Source: Psammoneis japonica (lineage: Eukaryota). From it: a stretch of 64,000 nucleotides of DNA. The notes under the pieces are model-generated. The model worked only from the letters and a program-made list of their open reading frames with translations. It was not told where the DNA came from and searched no databases. Of this stretch, positions 36,299-47,493 are shown in pieces. Position numbers and translations under genes: made by a program. The stretch is taken from contig QPGO01000213.1 of NCBI GenBank assembly GCA_008632985.1, positions 1 through 64,000 on the forward strand, written 5' to 3'. How positions within the stretch are numbered: the first letter of the stretch is position 1; each line of letters opens with the position of its first letter.

Positions 36299-37219
36299 GA
36301 GGTGCAGTTGTGAATTCTGAGAATTCTTTCGGATTTTGAAGTGGATTTGTAGTTTTTTGTCCTTGACCAAGACAAGTTACGGCGCCCAACTGTCCCTTCT
36401 TGATCTCTTGTCCATTGCCGGCACAGGAAAACAAGGATCAAGATGGTCGTGCATCCACAGCAGAGAAACGCGTAGAAATCATGCCAGAAAAAAATCCCAA
36501 CAATTTTCGTTTCTTTTCTCTTTGTTTGTCATGATCAAATGAGTGCATTTCTCATTGCAATTGACGGTGCACTTTGATGCAAAGTTCAGCATCCTGGTTT
36601 GAGGACTTCACAATTGGGAACACAAACAGGCACGGATGCGGAAAGCAGCAATTCGCTTGAGCATGCGAACTGCTGCAAGAAAGTTTTCTGTCTTGACAAG
36701 TCTTGAAGAGAGAATTCGAGGCCTGCAGTGCTGCTCTGGAGCAGCAGCAGCTCTCAAACAAAATGTGCACTGTGCAGTTATGATGGTCACATGCACCGTG
36801 TGGCAGCAACAACCTCATTTGTTGTTGCTGTTGTTCTGTTCGACTCCCGAGGGCTGATTGTGTGGTGCAACTCCGAGACACTCGGAGATCGAAAGGTTGA
36901 GGTGTCCACACTGCACGGCACTGCAAGATCTTGATTCTGCAGCCATTTTTTCAGGGGACGATGTGTCCTTTGCATCAACCTTTGGTCTTGGAGGCATGCA
37001 ATGCCCATTTGTGTGTGTGTGNAATGCCCATTTTTGTGTGTGGGGGGCGTGTGTGCCAACCTCCTTTGGGCACACATGAACACTGGGCAGCTGTGCCAAT
37101 GACAAAGATGTCAAGGTTTCAGAGAAGAGACTTCAAACCCGCTTGTCTAAATTGTGGCACACTTTGCCTTGAAGAGGCAGGTGGAAGGGTTTTCTGCTGC
37201 TGCCACCCACAAAAAACAT

Positions 37220-37620
37220 GTGTGTGCTGCACAGATTGCTGCTGCGAAGCACACCAGATGGGGTCATTTGTTGGCTGTTGACCAGCACACCCAGTGCCAC
37301 CACAGGGCTCACAAGGACATGCCAGAATGTTGGCCAAGCCAGTGGCTGAGAAAAAGAAGGTTTCTGAGCTTCTGAAAGGCATCTCTGAACCCAGATTGGA
37401 AACCAGGAAGAGTGTGGTGGATGGAAACCACACCAAGCTTGTGGGCTTTGAGGCTTGCAAGCAGCACGTCAAAGCTCTGGTCAAGAGTGCCAAGAGCCAG
37501 CACAGGAGGGCCAAAACTTGCACAACTGCCTGTGTTGGCCAACATGAGAGCAACTGACATAGAAAGCAAGGTGGCAAGAAAGGTGCAAAGAAGGAAACAC
37601 CTGGGATTGGGGCAGGCTGC
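37220..37620 (+). mobile_element. Ty1/copia (CoDi-type) gag remnant
   Basis: EKKKVSELLKGISEPRLETRKSVVDGNHTKLVGFEACKQHVKALV resembles the CoDi gag pattern KKV..FL.GI.D..L...K..V...KL..FE.CQQY (Tyr appears as His). Confidence 0.55.
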
Positions 37621-38549
37621 TGATGAGCAATGAGGCCGGCTCTGTCTGCTCTGCGGCTCCAGTGCATGCATGCGAGACCCCCTCATTTTTTTGGAATGCT
37701 CTGCATGGCAGAGTCTTGCACAAAACACACTTGCAGATCTAACAATGATCAATTGCACAGCATCAACAAAGAAGCCAGCACCTGCACCACCCAACAGATG
37801 TTGTCAAACTCATTGTAGAAGCATGCCAAGGTGCACTGGAATGGAGAGAATCGGCAATCAGTTCACTCCATTTCATCCAACGCTGAACCATCCCCAGTGC
37901 AAAATCATCACTTTTTTGGTTGGTGCTGACATGCTTCATTGATTGTCATCATGCACTTGGCTTTGTTGCACCTTGCAAGCCTTGGTGTGGAAATGTGTGT
38001 GTCTTGAGTGGTTGTCTTGTGGTTTTTGTCGTAAAATGGTTCTGTGATTTGTGAGAATTGACTTGCCAGACATGTGCTCACTTAGAGATGGGACTCTTTC
38101 TTGTCATGATGCAGGTTCTCAGCTCACACAATGCCAACAATGATGGTCAATGCTGCAGTGGATGCAGCAGAACCATCTTTGCTCTCACATTGCCTGCTTG
38201 TTTTCTCATGCTTGTGTGCTGCTTGATGACAGAGCCTTGACTGCCTCAAGAAGCCCCAAACCAAGCAAGATTGAATGTGGCAACAAATGCAAGGAGGAGC
38301 TGTCTGTGCAGACCTGGCCAATTTGTTCTTTCCAGGGGGGGGGGGAGGAGATTGTGCCAGTCCCGATGAGAATCACAACCAGCTCAGTGAAGTGGGGTCA
38401 TTCAAGCAGTTGTCAGATCAGAGCTCTTGTCTTCCCTCTGTCTAAAACACAGAGGTGAGAATCTTGTTGTTGTTTTGGTGCACAGGGTGCACCACATTTT
38501 CATTTTCCCTGTTGTGCTGACACAACACATTGTGTGTCTTCAAGGTCCA

Positions 38550-39250
38550 CTTTAAACTGTTGCAACCCGGAGAATCGCCCAAACTGGTGCCCTGCCAGTG
38601 GTGAATTTGATTGCTGCAAAGTTTCCTGCAACAAAAGCACTGTCTGAATTGAGCATTGATGATGGAATGGACGGGCACCGGTTCTTGCATGTCCTGTGGC
38701 AACAATGATCCACACTGCACCCAAACTGCAGGCTTGGTCCCAAATGTGGGAATTGCAGATTGGGCATGAGAAAGTTTGTGAAATGCAGCCATCATCGAGA
38801 AAAAGGCAAAACCTGGAGGCTCATTGCTGTCAATGGCACAAGAGAGGGTGAGCTCATTTGGGAGCACGGGTGAAGTCATTGACCAAGAAACAAGAAAGAA
38901 ATGCCTTGGAACATGGGCTGGATCATCCAAACAACCCCCATTGCTGCATGATGCATCTTGACACCAGACGGCACATTGATGCCATAAAATCCTGCAGGAA
39001 CATGGCTCCTGGCAAATTTCTGTGATGCAACCACCATTTTGATGCAAAGGATGTTTTCAATGTCAAGGCACCTTGTCGGGAAGAGAGTGGGAGGAAAACA
39101 GGAACAAGAAGTTGCAAGAGTGCACTTTGAGCATGACAAGAAATTTCTGTTGGACCTTGGCAAAGACAAAGCATGCAGACATTGGTGCATGTTTCCGATC
39201 TTGTGCCAGGCACTGCCAAAGACAAGACCATTGCGAGTGGACTGCAAGAT
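38550..39250 (-). mobile_element. Ty1/copia RT-RNase H remnant
   Basis: Fragmentary KIGNMH (DIGNAY-like), LLPQDMQEP (LPPNMPEP-like) and NSDSAFVAGN...FTTG (DSDFAG...STTG-like). Confidence 0.4.
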
Positions 39251-39499
39251 TGCAGTCAAGAGTTTGCAGTGAAAAGAAGGCTCTTCTTGTGGTGCATTGT
39301 CATTTTTGGGCTGACTTTGAGTGCCAATTAACAGCAAGAGCAGTGCCAAAGCACCTTGCTGTCTCTGCTTTGGCAAATTACAAAAACAGAAGAAGTGCAA
39401 GTGCTGCACATTTTCACTTTCCTGAATGTTGTGTGCTGCATTTCTCAAACACACGTTGTGTTTCCTGAATGTTGCACATTGCATTTCCTTTTCCCAAAG

Positions 39500-40200
39500 C
39501 ACATTGCGGTTGAGTGGAATCTTTTCAAAACAATGGCAAAGGGAGACTGGCTTTCCAGCATTGGGAGCCAGTCATGCCAATGGTGGGAGTCTCTGCAGCC
39601 ATCTTAATTTGAAGAAGCCTGCTGGCAACAGCGGCAGCAGAAAGAGAAAACAGAAGCAACATTGTGAGCACAATGAAAGGCAATGGACTGTGGCTGCTGG
39701 CACAACACTTGCATCTTTTCTGCAAGAGCCTCCATTTCCAGGAGCTCTGCATGCAATGCTTTGGAATCAAAGATGATCTTTTCCTGGGAAGCAATGGCAT
39801 CGCTGATGATTGCTGCCCTCTTCTTCTCCAACTCAGCTTTCATGACAAGGCACTTCCTTTTGACCTTTGATGCAGCAATCTTGGTGTCCCTGTCCATGTC
39901 ATTGGAGGCCAAAGCTGCCAGCATTTGGTGCTCCCAGCAGTGCTTCATGTTCACAAGCCAGTGCCACAAGACCTGCTGCTGGTCCGGCAGAAATTCATCC
40001 TGGAGCTCTGCTTGAGATTCCTCCAAGTCAACGATGGTCTTGCTGATGATGGCTGCCTTCTTCTCAAACAACTCTGACTTTTTGATGCATTGTGTCCTTT
40101 CAAACTTCAATGGGGCAATCTTCTTTTCAACTGTCAACAAGAAATTCTTGGCATCCATGTCATGGAAGGGGGCGAGGTTGCCGGACAAAGTGTGAACACT
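39500..40200 (-). pseudogene. Hypermutated partial paralog of the 53966-55097 gene family
   Basis: Intron, second exon and downstream flank align with 53745-54360 (gctggcaacag..gagaaaacagaa..ttgtgagcacaa..caatggactgtgg..gctggca); donor GTAAGT appears as GCAAGT. Confidence 0.7.
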
Positions 40201-40220
40201 CATGGTGCACAGCACCGTGT

Positions 40221-40427
40221 TGGGGAAAGTCTCCAGCCAGCTGCTGGCTGAAGAATCTTGTGTGGAATTTGTGCTGAAAGAGTCTGTCAATCTGCGTGTC
40301 AGGGGATTTTGGTGAATGCTGGACAGACTCGTCATCTTTTGTGCACACAACGATTCTGCTGGCAAAAGCCCCAAACGCACCAATGACCAGATTTTTTCAG
40401 CCAGCAGCTGGCTGGAGACTTCCCCCA
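40221..40427. mobile_element. MITE with about 32-bp TIRs, hypermutated copy
   Basis: tggggaaagtctccagccagctgctggctgaa pairs with ttcagccagcagctggctggagacttccccca; flanked by gtgt on both sides. Confidence 0.75.
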
Positions 40428-40451
40428 GTGTGACAACTCCTGCAGTGATTG

Positions 40452-41700
40452 CACCCCTGTGGCAGGGGAGAATGTGGTGATGTCACAATCATGTGGCAGT
40501 TTTGTGTCTCATTCATTGTGTTTTTACACAAATGATGTTCTCACATTCATTTGTGCATTTGTGCACAAATGCCAACAGCAACAGGAAACATCCTGAACCA
40601 CATTCTCCCCCAAAACTCTGACCACCAAAATCTGCAGGTGCTGTTGACACTGGTGTTGTCTTTTGCCAACAATGCCCACAATGAAGTGCCAACAACTCAC
40701 ACTTCTTTCTTTCTCACCCTGCTGCCTCCCAAAGATGCTGTCACAATGCAAACACTGCACCTGCATTTCAGTCCACTGGCATGCCCGATGCTGTTCCTTC
40801 TGCCCTTGCTGTCACAGGTGCTGTTGATGCTGTCATTGTTTTTCCTTTTTGGAAGGAGGACAATGGATGATGGTGGACCAGGAAACTGTCACCATGGCAT
40901 GCTGATGGACAAGTGTTGGTGTCATTGCCCTGCTGATGGACAAGTGTTGGTTTTGTTGCTGACATGCTTTCTGTGTTTGTTCATGGTTTTCCAGTTTTGG
41001 TTCAAGACATCTTCTGAAGAACTTGCATCCCGTTGGGCAAAGACACAGCAATCAACTTTTCAGGCATCAACACCTGTGTTGCACAAGTGTTCAGTGGGCT
41101 CTTTGCCTCCCTTTTGCTGGCCTGCAACATCAGTGGACATGAACAGCGCCTCTTTGTTGGCTCTTGAGTTTGGATTGATCTTTAGAATGTGTGCAGACTT
41201 GTGGTGCAGCTCTCTGTAAATTAGAAACCTGATGACATTCAGACAGCAGGCACTCTTTTGCAGTTTTTTAGTTGGAGAGGTCAGCAAATTGGCATTTGTT
41301 TGCAGGCAACTTGGCAAGGTTTCAAGTGGTGCATGTGACTTGGACACCGCACTCCATTTGCCAGGACTGAGTCATTGTCTGCAATTCCGTAAGATGCCAC
41401 TCTTGCTGTTTGAATTCTGCACACAACATGCAATGTGCTTTTTTGTAAGTTGCCAAAATGGAGGCAGGCTGCAATGTGCTTTTGGTGAATGCTCACTGTG
41501 TTTGTCACTGTTAGACCTTCTGAGCTGGAACCACATTGACAGCCATGCTGCCACTTTGCATGCACTGGCACCTTCTCCACCTGTGCTCCATTGGCCAGGG
41601 CCTCCTTCATGTTGATGCGGCTCATCTTGATGCCTGTTGTTGGCTCTGATTGGCTCCGCTGGGCTCTGGGTGAGTGTCAATCACCTCCAGACAGAGGTGC
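40452..41700 (+). repeat. Repeat-family copy starting cacccctgtggcaggggag; inverted copy of about 48200-49250
   Basis: The first about 180 bp match 47494-47670; 40630-41700 matches the reverse complement of 48200-49250. Confidence 0.75.
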
Positions 41701-43109
41701 AACAACATTTCAAAAATGAAAACGACTTGTCGTGCAAAAAGTTTGAAAATTTTCAGCTGTTGCCATTCATCTGGCCATCACATGTGCACTTTGACCTTGC
41801 AGCCTCTCACTCTCTCGTCCTCTTGTCCTCTTCCTTTTCTTCACAAACTTGGAGAGCCACCTGTGTGACCAGACATGTGAAAAAAATGAGGCAGGGCGTG
41901 CCGGAGAGGATGATGGATGAAGAAAGTCAAAGATGTGCCTCCGGTGGGCAGGAATTCAGAATTTCCAAGGTGCTGGAAATTTGAAAAGGTGCTGATTTTC
42001 TTTTCAAGTGCTGATTTTGAAAGGCACAAGTGCAGACAATCATTTGACGGCATGGCATCTGGCATCTGGCATCATGACAGATTTTCCTGATGCGAACACT
42101 CTCGCCATGACCTGCAAACATCACCAACCACTGGAGAGGACCCACCACCCATTGGCTGCAGCAGTCACCTGGTTCCTGCTGTCTTGCTCTGTTGGCATTT
42201 CAACCAGACACCTGACAAGCAAACAAATGCCATTCATTGCACTGATTGACCAAGCAACCACTGTCCACAAAATGGCGGCCCACAGAGCACCTTGCTCTTG
42301 CAGCTCTAGAACCTGTTGATTGCCGCATCAACCAGCGGGTGCGGCTCACAGTCTAGAACCCGTTGATTGCCACAACAACCAGTGACCCACAGAGCATGAC
42401 CTGACTGTCACTGCTCCAGAGAATGTTTTGATTGCCACACGAACCTTTCCACCACTTGTTGCTCCCAGCAATTCTCAGCTGTCATTGTTCTTGCAGTGGC
42501 ACTTGGTCACTTTGTCAGAGCTTTTGAGCTGCAACCCTTGACTTCTTCCTGGAGAGGGGCAGCATCACTCACAGGTGGCACAACAGCACGACTGCAGTTC
42601 ATTGATTTTTGTGATGAGCACCATGTTTGCCCCCCATGGTGGATGCTCATGCAATTGCTGGTGGGTTCACAGTGCACTCACACACCACACATGTTTCTGC
42701 ATTTTGGCACATGTGATTGGCGGCAGATTGCGACACATCCATGCACTGCAGCTCTGCTTGAAATGGACATTTTGCATTCATGGTGCAGCAATTTTCAGGA
42801 TGATCTTTGCGCATGCAATGCAAAGGGCGGACAGAGCAATTGATGGTTGTTTTCATGGCTCTCTGCTCCAGAGCTGGAGAGCCTGCTCTCTCTCTGCCGC
42901 AGAGCTGCCACTCTCTGCCAGAAGACACTGTGATTGCATGCAAAACATGCCAGGACAGATGTTGCAATTTGTCACATGCATCCAGACACATGGCGCATTT
43001 TGACAATGGCACATTGATGTCGCATGTTGATGCATTTTGACAAGAGCTGTTCTTTTGCCAACCGAACTCATTTCAATTGCCAACCCTGCTCATTTTGATT
43101 GCCAAAAAT

Positions 43110-43625
43110 TGGCAATTGAAATGAGCAGCATTTGAGCTTGTTTGAGCACATTTGAGCATGTGTGAGCAATTTGAGCACATTTGAGCAAGGACATTTCAGC
43201 GCACAATCCAAATGGTGATGAACTGTGAAACCTTCCGTGTCCCACTGTTGGAAAGATCGTGCACACCAGCAGTTGCATGTCCTCCTGTGAAAGTCCTGCC
43301 AGAAATTGAAAACCTTGCACAACAGCCAATGGATGGTTGCCCATGCAATGTCTGCCCCTGCAGCTCTTTGCGTGCTGCGCTCCAGGGCGATCAACAAGAT
43401 GCGCTTGGCCTCAGCACTGTGCGTGCCCATTTCTCTTCTTCTTCATTTGGCGCTGTTGTGTCTGTTGGTCAAGGAGAATTCAAATGAGCAGCATCTGAGA
43501 ACAATGATTCAAATGAGAAGCATTTGAGCACAATGACTCAAATGAGCAGCATTTGAGCAAATGAGCAGCATTTGAGCCTTTTTGAGCACATTTGAGCACA
43601 AATGGCAATGATTTGAGCACAACTG
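43110..43625. repeat. Two clusters of 10-12-bp TTTGAGCACA/AAATGAGCAGCA repeats (possible transposon subterminal repeats)
   Basis: Visible at about 43115-43200 and 43480-43620, upstream of the pogo-like transposase. Confidence 0.65.
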
Positions 43626-44039
43626 GTGATGACATCAGCAAATTGGTGATGAGAAATAAATGCAAATTTTTGCATTTGAACAAATGTTCATGCTGCAGAA
43701 TCCAACGCAATTTGACGCAGAGCCAAGAAATCCAGACCTGTGAAACTTCAAATGCTCCATTTTGACACCCTTTTGACACTCGCAAATGAAAGATCTGATT
43801 GCGCTGGCCAGGAAAAAAATTTGCCCGACTCCAAAATTCCATGTCGTTGTCATTTATGCACCTCAAAAAATGTTTCCTTGTGACTGTTGATGGGATTGAT
43901 GTTGCACATTGAGGCAATTTTTTGTCACACGCAGAAACAATGCTGACACATGCGCAGGACACCACCAAGATTTGGCACCTCATTTCTTTTTCTAAGATCA
44001 ACCATGGCACCACCTTTGAAGCCTCCAAAAATGCAAAAA

Positions 44040-45560
44040 GATGCAAAGAAGGCCAAGCTTTCTTTTGCAACTGACTTCTTCTAAAAAAACATCGTGGTCA
44101 TCCAAAGAAGAAAAAAGTGGCACTCGCAAAGGATGCTGCAAGCAGCACTGCCAGAATCAACAAGGCACTTTCTGTGCCCAAGACAACAAAGAACTGGGCT
44201 GCCAAGAATGCTGCAGCAGCTGAGAACAATGAAGACAAGAAGCGCAAGGCATCAACAGATGGCAGCAAGAGTGATGGGTTCATTGCAGCAAAGAAACCAA
44301 GGATGAGTTGGTCCAAGGAGCCTCATCTGTCAATCATGATGGGCATGGCTTGGCAAGAAGGACCCAGCTTTGTGACAGCAATGGAGAATCTCATTCAACA
44401 GAAGCATTTGCCAGTGTCATTGGAGTGCCAATCATCACCTTCAGAAAGTGCATCAATGGCGACCCTGCAAAATGACATCAGATTGGCAACAGCCTTGGAA
44501 GAAAGCCAATTGTCAATGTGACATCCCAAGAGGTGATTGCGCAATCAATTGCCAAGCTTGAAAGAGCCAATTGTGGACTTTCAAAAACAGAATTTGTTGA
44601 TCTGGTTGAGCAAGTGTGCCCAGATTTAAAAAGCCACAACAGTGCAGCCAACCACTTCTGAAGGACGGTGCAGCCAAATCATGCAGAAACCATCAAGAAG
44701 AAAGAGCAAAAGGCTCAGGCAACAACAACCAAATGAAGTGCAGCCACAATGGATGGTCGATGTTGGTGGTTTGTGGAGGTTGAGAATGCTTCAAACTTTC
44801 TCAGGAGCAGGAACGTTGGTCGCTGTGGGGTGACAGGCAAGCTTTTTGGCAAGGTTGTTCAGCATTTTGTTCAGGTGGGTTACGAGTCTTGCTGCATTGT
44901 GTCAGATGGCACCGTCTGTGTTGTCTGTTCTCTTGGTAAAAAGAAACATGAGAAAATCTTGCACAACTCTTGTGTGTCAATGTTGGTTTGTCACACGGGT
45001 TCTGCCCCTGGATGCCAGGCCCCCCCTGTTTTTCTTCTTGCTGGTTTGAGGAGGCATGCAGGGTCATGCACCGATGTGCATCTTAGAAAGCTGGGTGCTG
45101 CCAAAGGTTCCACAATCATCATGACCCTGGCTGCTTTCATGACAGAAGAAGCACGGGCAAAACAACTCCCACTGCAGCGTTGGGTTGCAGAAATGCTCAT
45201 CCAAGGAAAGCAGCAGCCAACAACCTGCAGTGGCAGACACTGGAGACACTTGATGGGTTTGGTCCGCACTTCTCTTCATTGGAAGCCATGGAATGCCATT
45301 GGAACAACAATGTCATGTTGTTGAAAGAAGAAGGTGATGCATCGCATCATGCCAATCAATCACATGATCAACTGGAGGCAGCCAGTGACAAAGATCTCAA
45401 GCGTGACAGGCTTGGGTCATGTCAAAGCACTTGGATGATGAGTCTGTTGCAGCACTGGCATGACAGAAGACAAATGTCACATCCATCAGGCCATGGCTGT
45501 GATGACAGCTGCAGCAACAACAAAGACAAAAGTTTGCAAGCCCAAGGCTCCTGCAGCATG
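44040..45560 (+). mobile_element. pogo/Tigger-type (DDE_1) transposase pseudogene, hypermutated
   Basis: KKKHEK, PVFLLAG, GSTIIMT..AFMTEEA, LDGFGPH, LLKEEGDASHHANQSHD (Tyr appears as His in the NQxYD-type motif). Confidence 0.7.
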
Positions 45561-45926
45561 TGACTGTTGCACACATGTTTGCAATCATGTGTTGTTTGTG
45601 TGTCAATCGTGCCACAGTCGTGGATGCATGCAAAGGACAGAATGATCACACAGAGTTGATCGGATGTCGAAAATTGCAAACACAATCAATTGACGATGTT
45701 GACATCTTGCGTGTCAACAGCAATTGCACCCGGACAATCTGTTGTCATGAACATTTTCTCCGAAAGGCCTTTTGTCTGCAGAAGCAGTGCAGAAGCTTCA
45801 GGCCATTGAGAACTCGTTCGGAGAAACCAAAAATCACAGAGCAAAATTTAATCTTGCAATTTTCACTTTTCACACTTGATTCTGCTTTCATTTGCACTTG
45901 TTCTTCGAGCACAGTGCACTCCCAAG

Positions 45927-46810
45927 ATGGGGGGAGTTTTCTCTGTCGGTGCTTCTGAAATGGTGGCTTCAACTGGCGGGAAACCCAAGGCTGACTGGTC
46001 CGGGCTGGACCCGTCTGCTGCCCCCAATCTGACGTCTCTGAATCAGTGTTGCTCTCACCATGTCTCTTCTGCTCAGAAGAGGTTTGCAAAGAAGGGAGAT
46101 CTCGCAACTTTTGAGAAAAATGTCTTGAAACATCTCAAGGACTGTGGATTGGACACAGCGACTTGCCTGCGGGACCCCAAGGACTCAACTGCAATGATGT
46201 CCTTCATTGAAGGACATCCTCGTTGCTCCAAATTGAGTGTCACTTGCCTTGTTGCACCTCAACTTGCCAAGCATGATTCCTGCAACACCTCCAATTGCAG
46301 GGGCACTGCTGAGTTTCTCAAGAACTTCATGTTGGAGACTGGTCCTGCAGACCCTCCAGTTGGATCTGGAGACAGAAGAAATGGATTGCTTCCTGAAGGT
46401 TTGGGTCACTCTCATTTTGATTCTACAGAGCACATCTGTCAAATGCTTCAAGCAGGTCAAGAAGCAGCAGGAGAATCTCAAGCCCTCTCAGTTTGCCCTT
46501 CCTTTCTGAGCTCTGCTGTCTAAGTTCAAGACTGCCACTCAAGAGTTGGATGTTGTGGGTCAGCATGACAACAAGTTGACACTTGCCTTGGTCAACTCAT
46601 GCTTGGGGGCTGCCTGTGTCATGGAGAGAACAAACAGCAGTTCAAGCACACTCTTCAAGCAATGAAGGAGGACTTCATTAAGGCACTGGTTGAGACAGCT
46701 CACAAGAAGTCCAAGACAGATGCAAAGCAACACCTTGCATCCAAGAACCTTGCCTGCTCCCAATGCGCTTTGGATTTTGAAGCAGATTTGCAGCTTTTCA
46801 TCCTTGAGTG
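45927..46810 (+). mobile_element. Ty1/copia CoDi-type gag remnant, hypermutated
   Basis: TGGKPKADWSGL, HLKDCGLDTATCLRDP, GQHDNKLTL; positions expected to be Tyr read as Cys or His. Confidence 0.7.
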
Positions 46811-47493
46811 AGACAAATTGCAGCTCCCAACTGTCCCTTCTTGATGTCTCCTTCTCCATTCTAGGATGACAAGGATTGAGATGGCTCTGCATCCATCCAA
46901 GGAGATGCATGTTGTGCTGTGCCAGCTTGCAGCCAAACAATGAGTCTTGGTGGCCCCGCGTCAGTGCCCACAAAATTGCCCCTTTGTGGGGATGGCCACG
47001 CACCAATCTCCATTGGGTGCACACAAACATTGGGCAGCTGAGCCAATGACAAACATGCCAAGGATTCAGAGGGGGATTCAAATCCACTTGCATCTCCTTT
47101 CTAGATTGCAGCACATTTTCTGTGCAAAACTCCACTTGGTTTTGACTCCTTTGGCTTTGGCTTTCTGAGCACAAATTTTGAGTGCAGCTGTGTGCATCCA
47201 GAAGGATTTTGCAGACAGCTGAAGGTTGTGTTTTGTTGCTCTGTGCTTTTCACCCTCTTTCTCATTCCAGGTTTTCTTGCAACAGCAGCAGTGGGAACAG
47301 AAAACAGAGGCAAGGTTTTGTGAGCAGCAATGAAGACTGTGGCTGCTGGTGGCACAACACTCACACCGTCTTTGCATGCTGAGAGTTGCTTTCATGCTGG
47401 GCCTGCGCCATTTGGCGCATGTAGAATCTCGTGTAGAAATCACGTGCGCCACTGTGGCGCAAAATTTGTCACGCCCTGAACTCCTGCCTGTTC

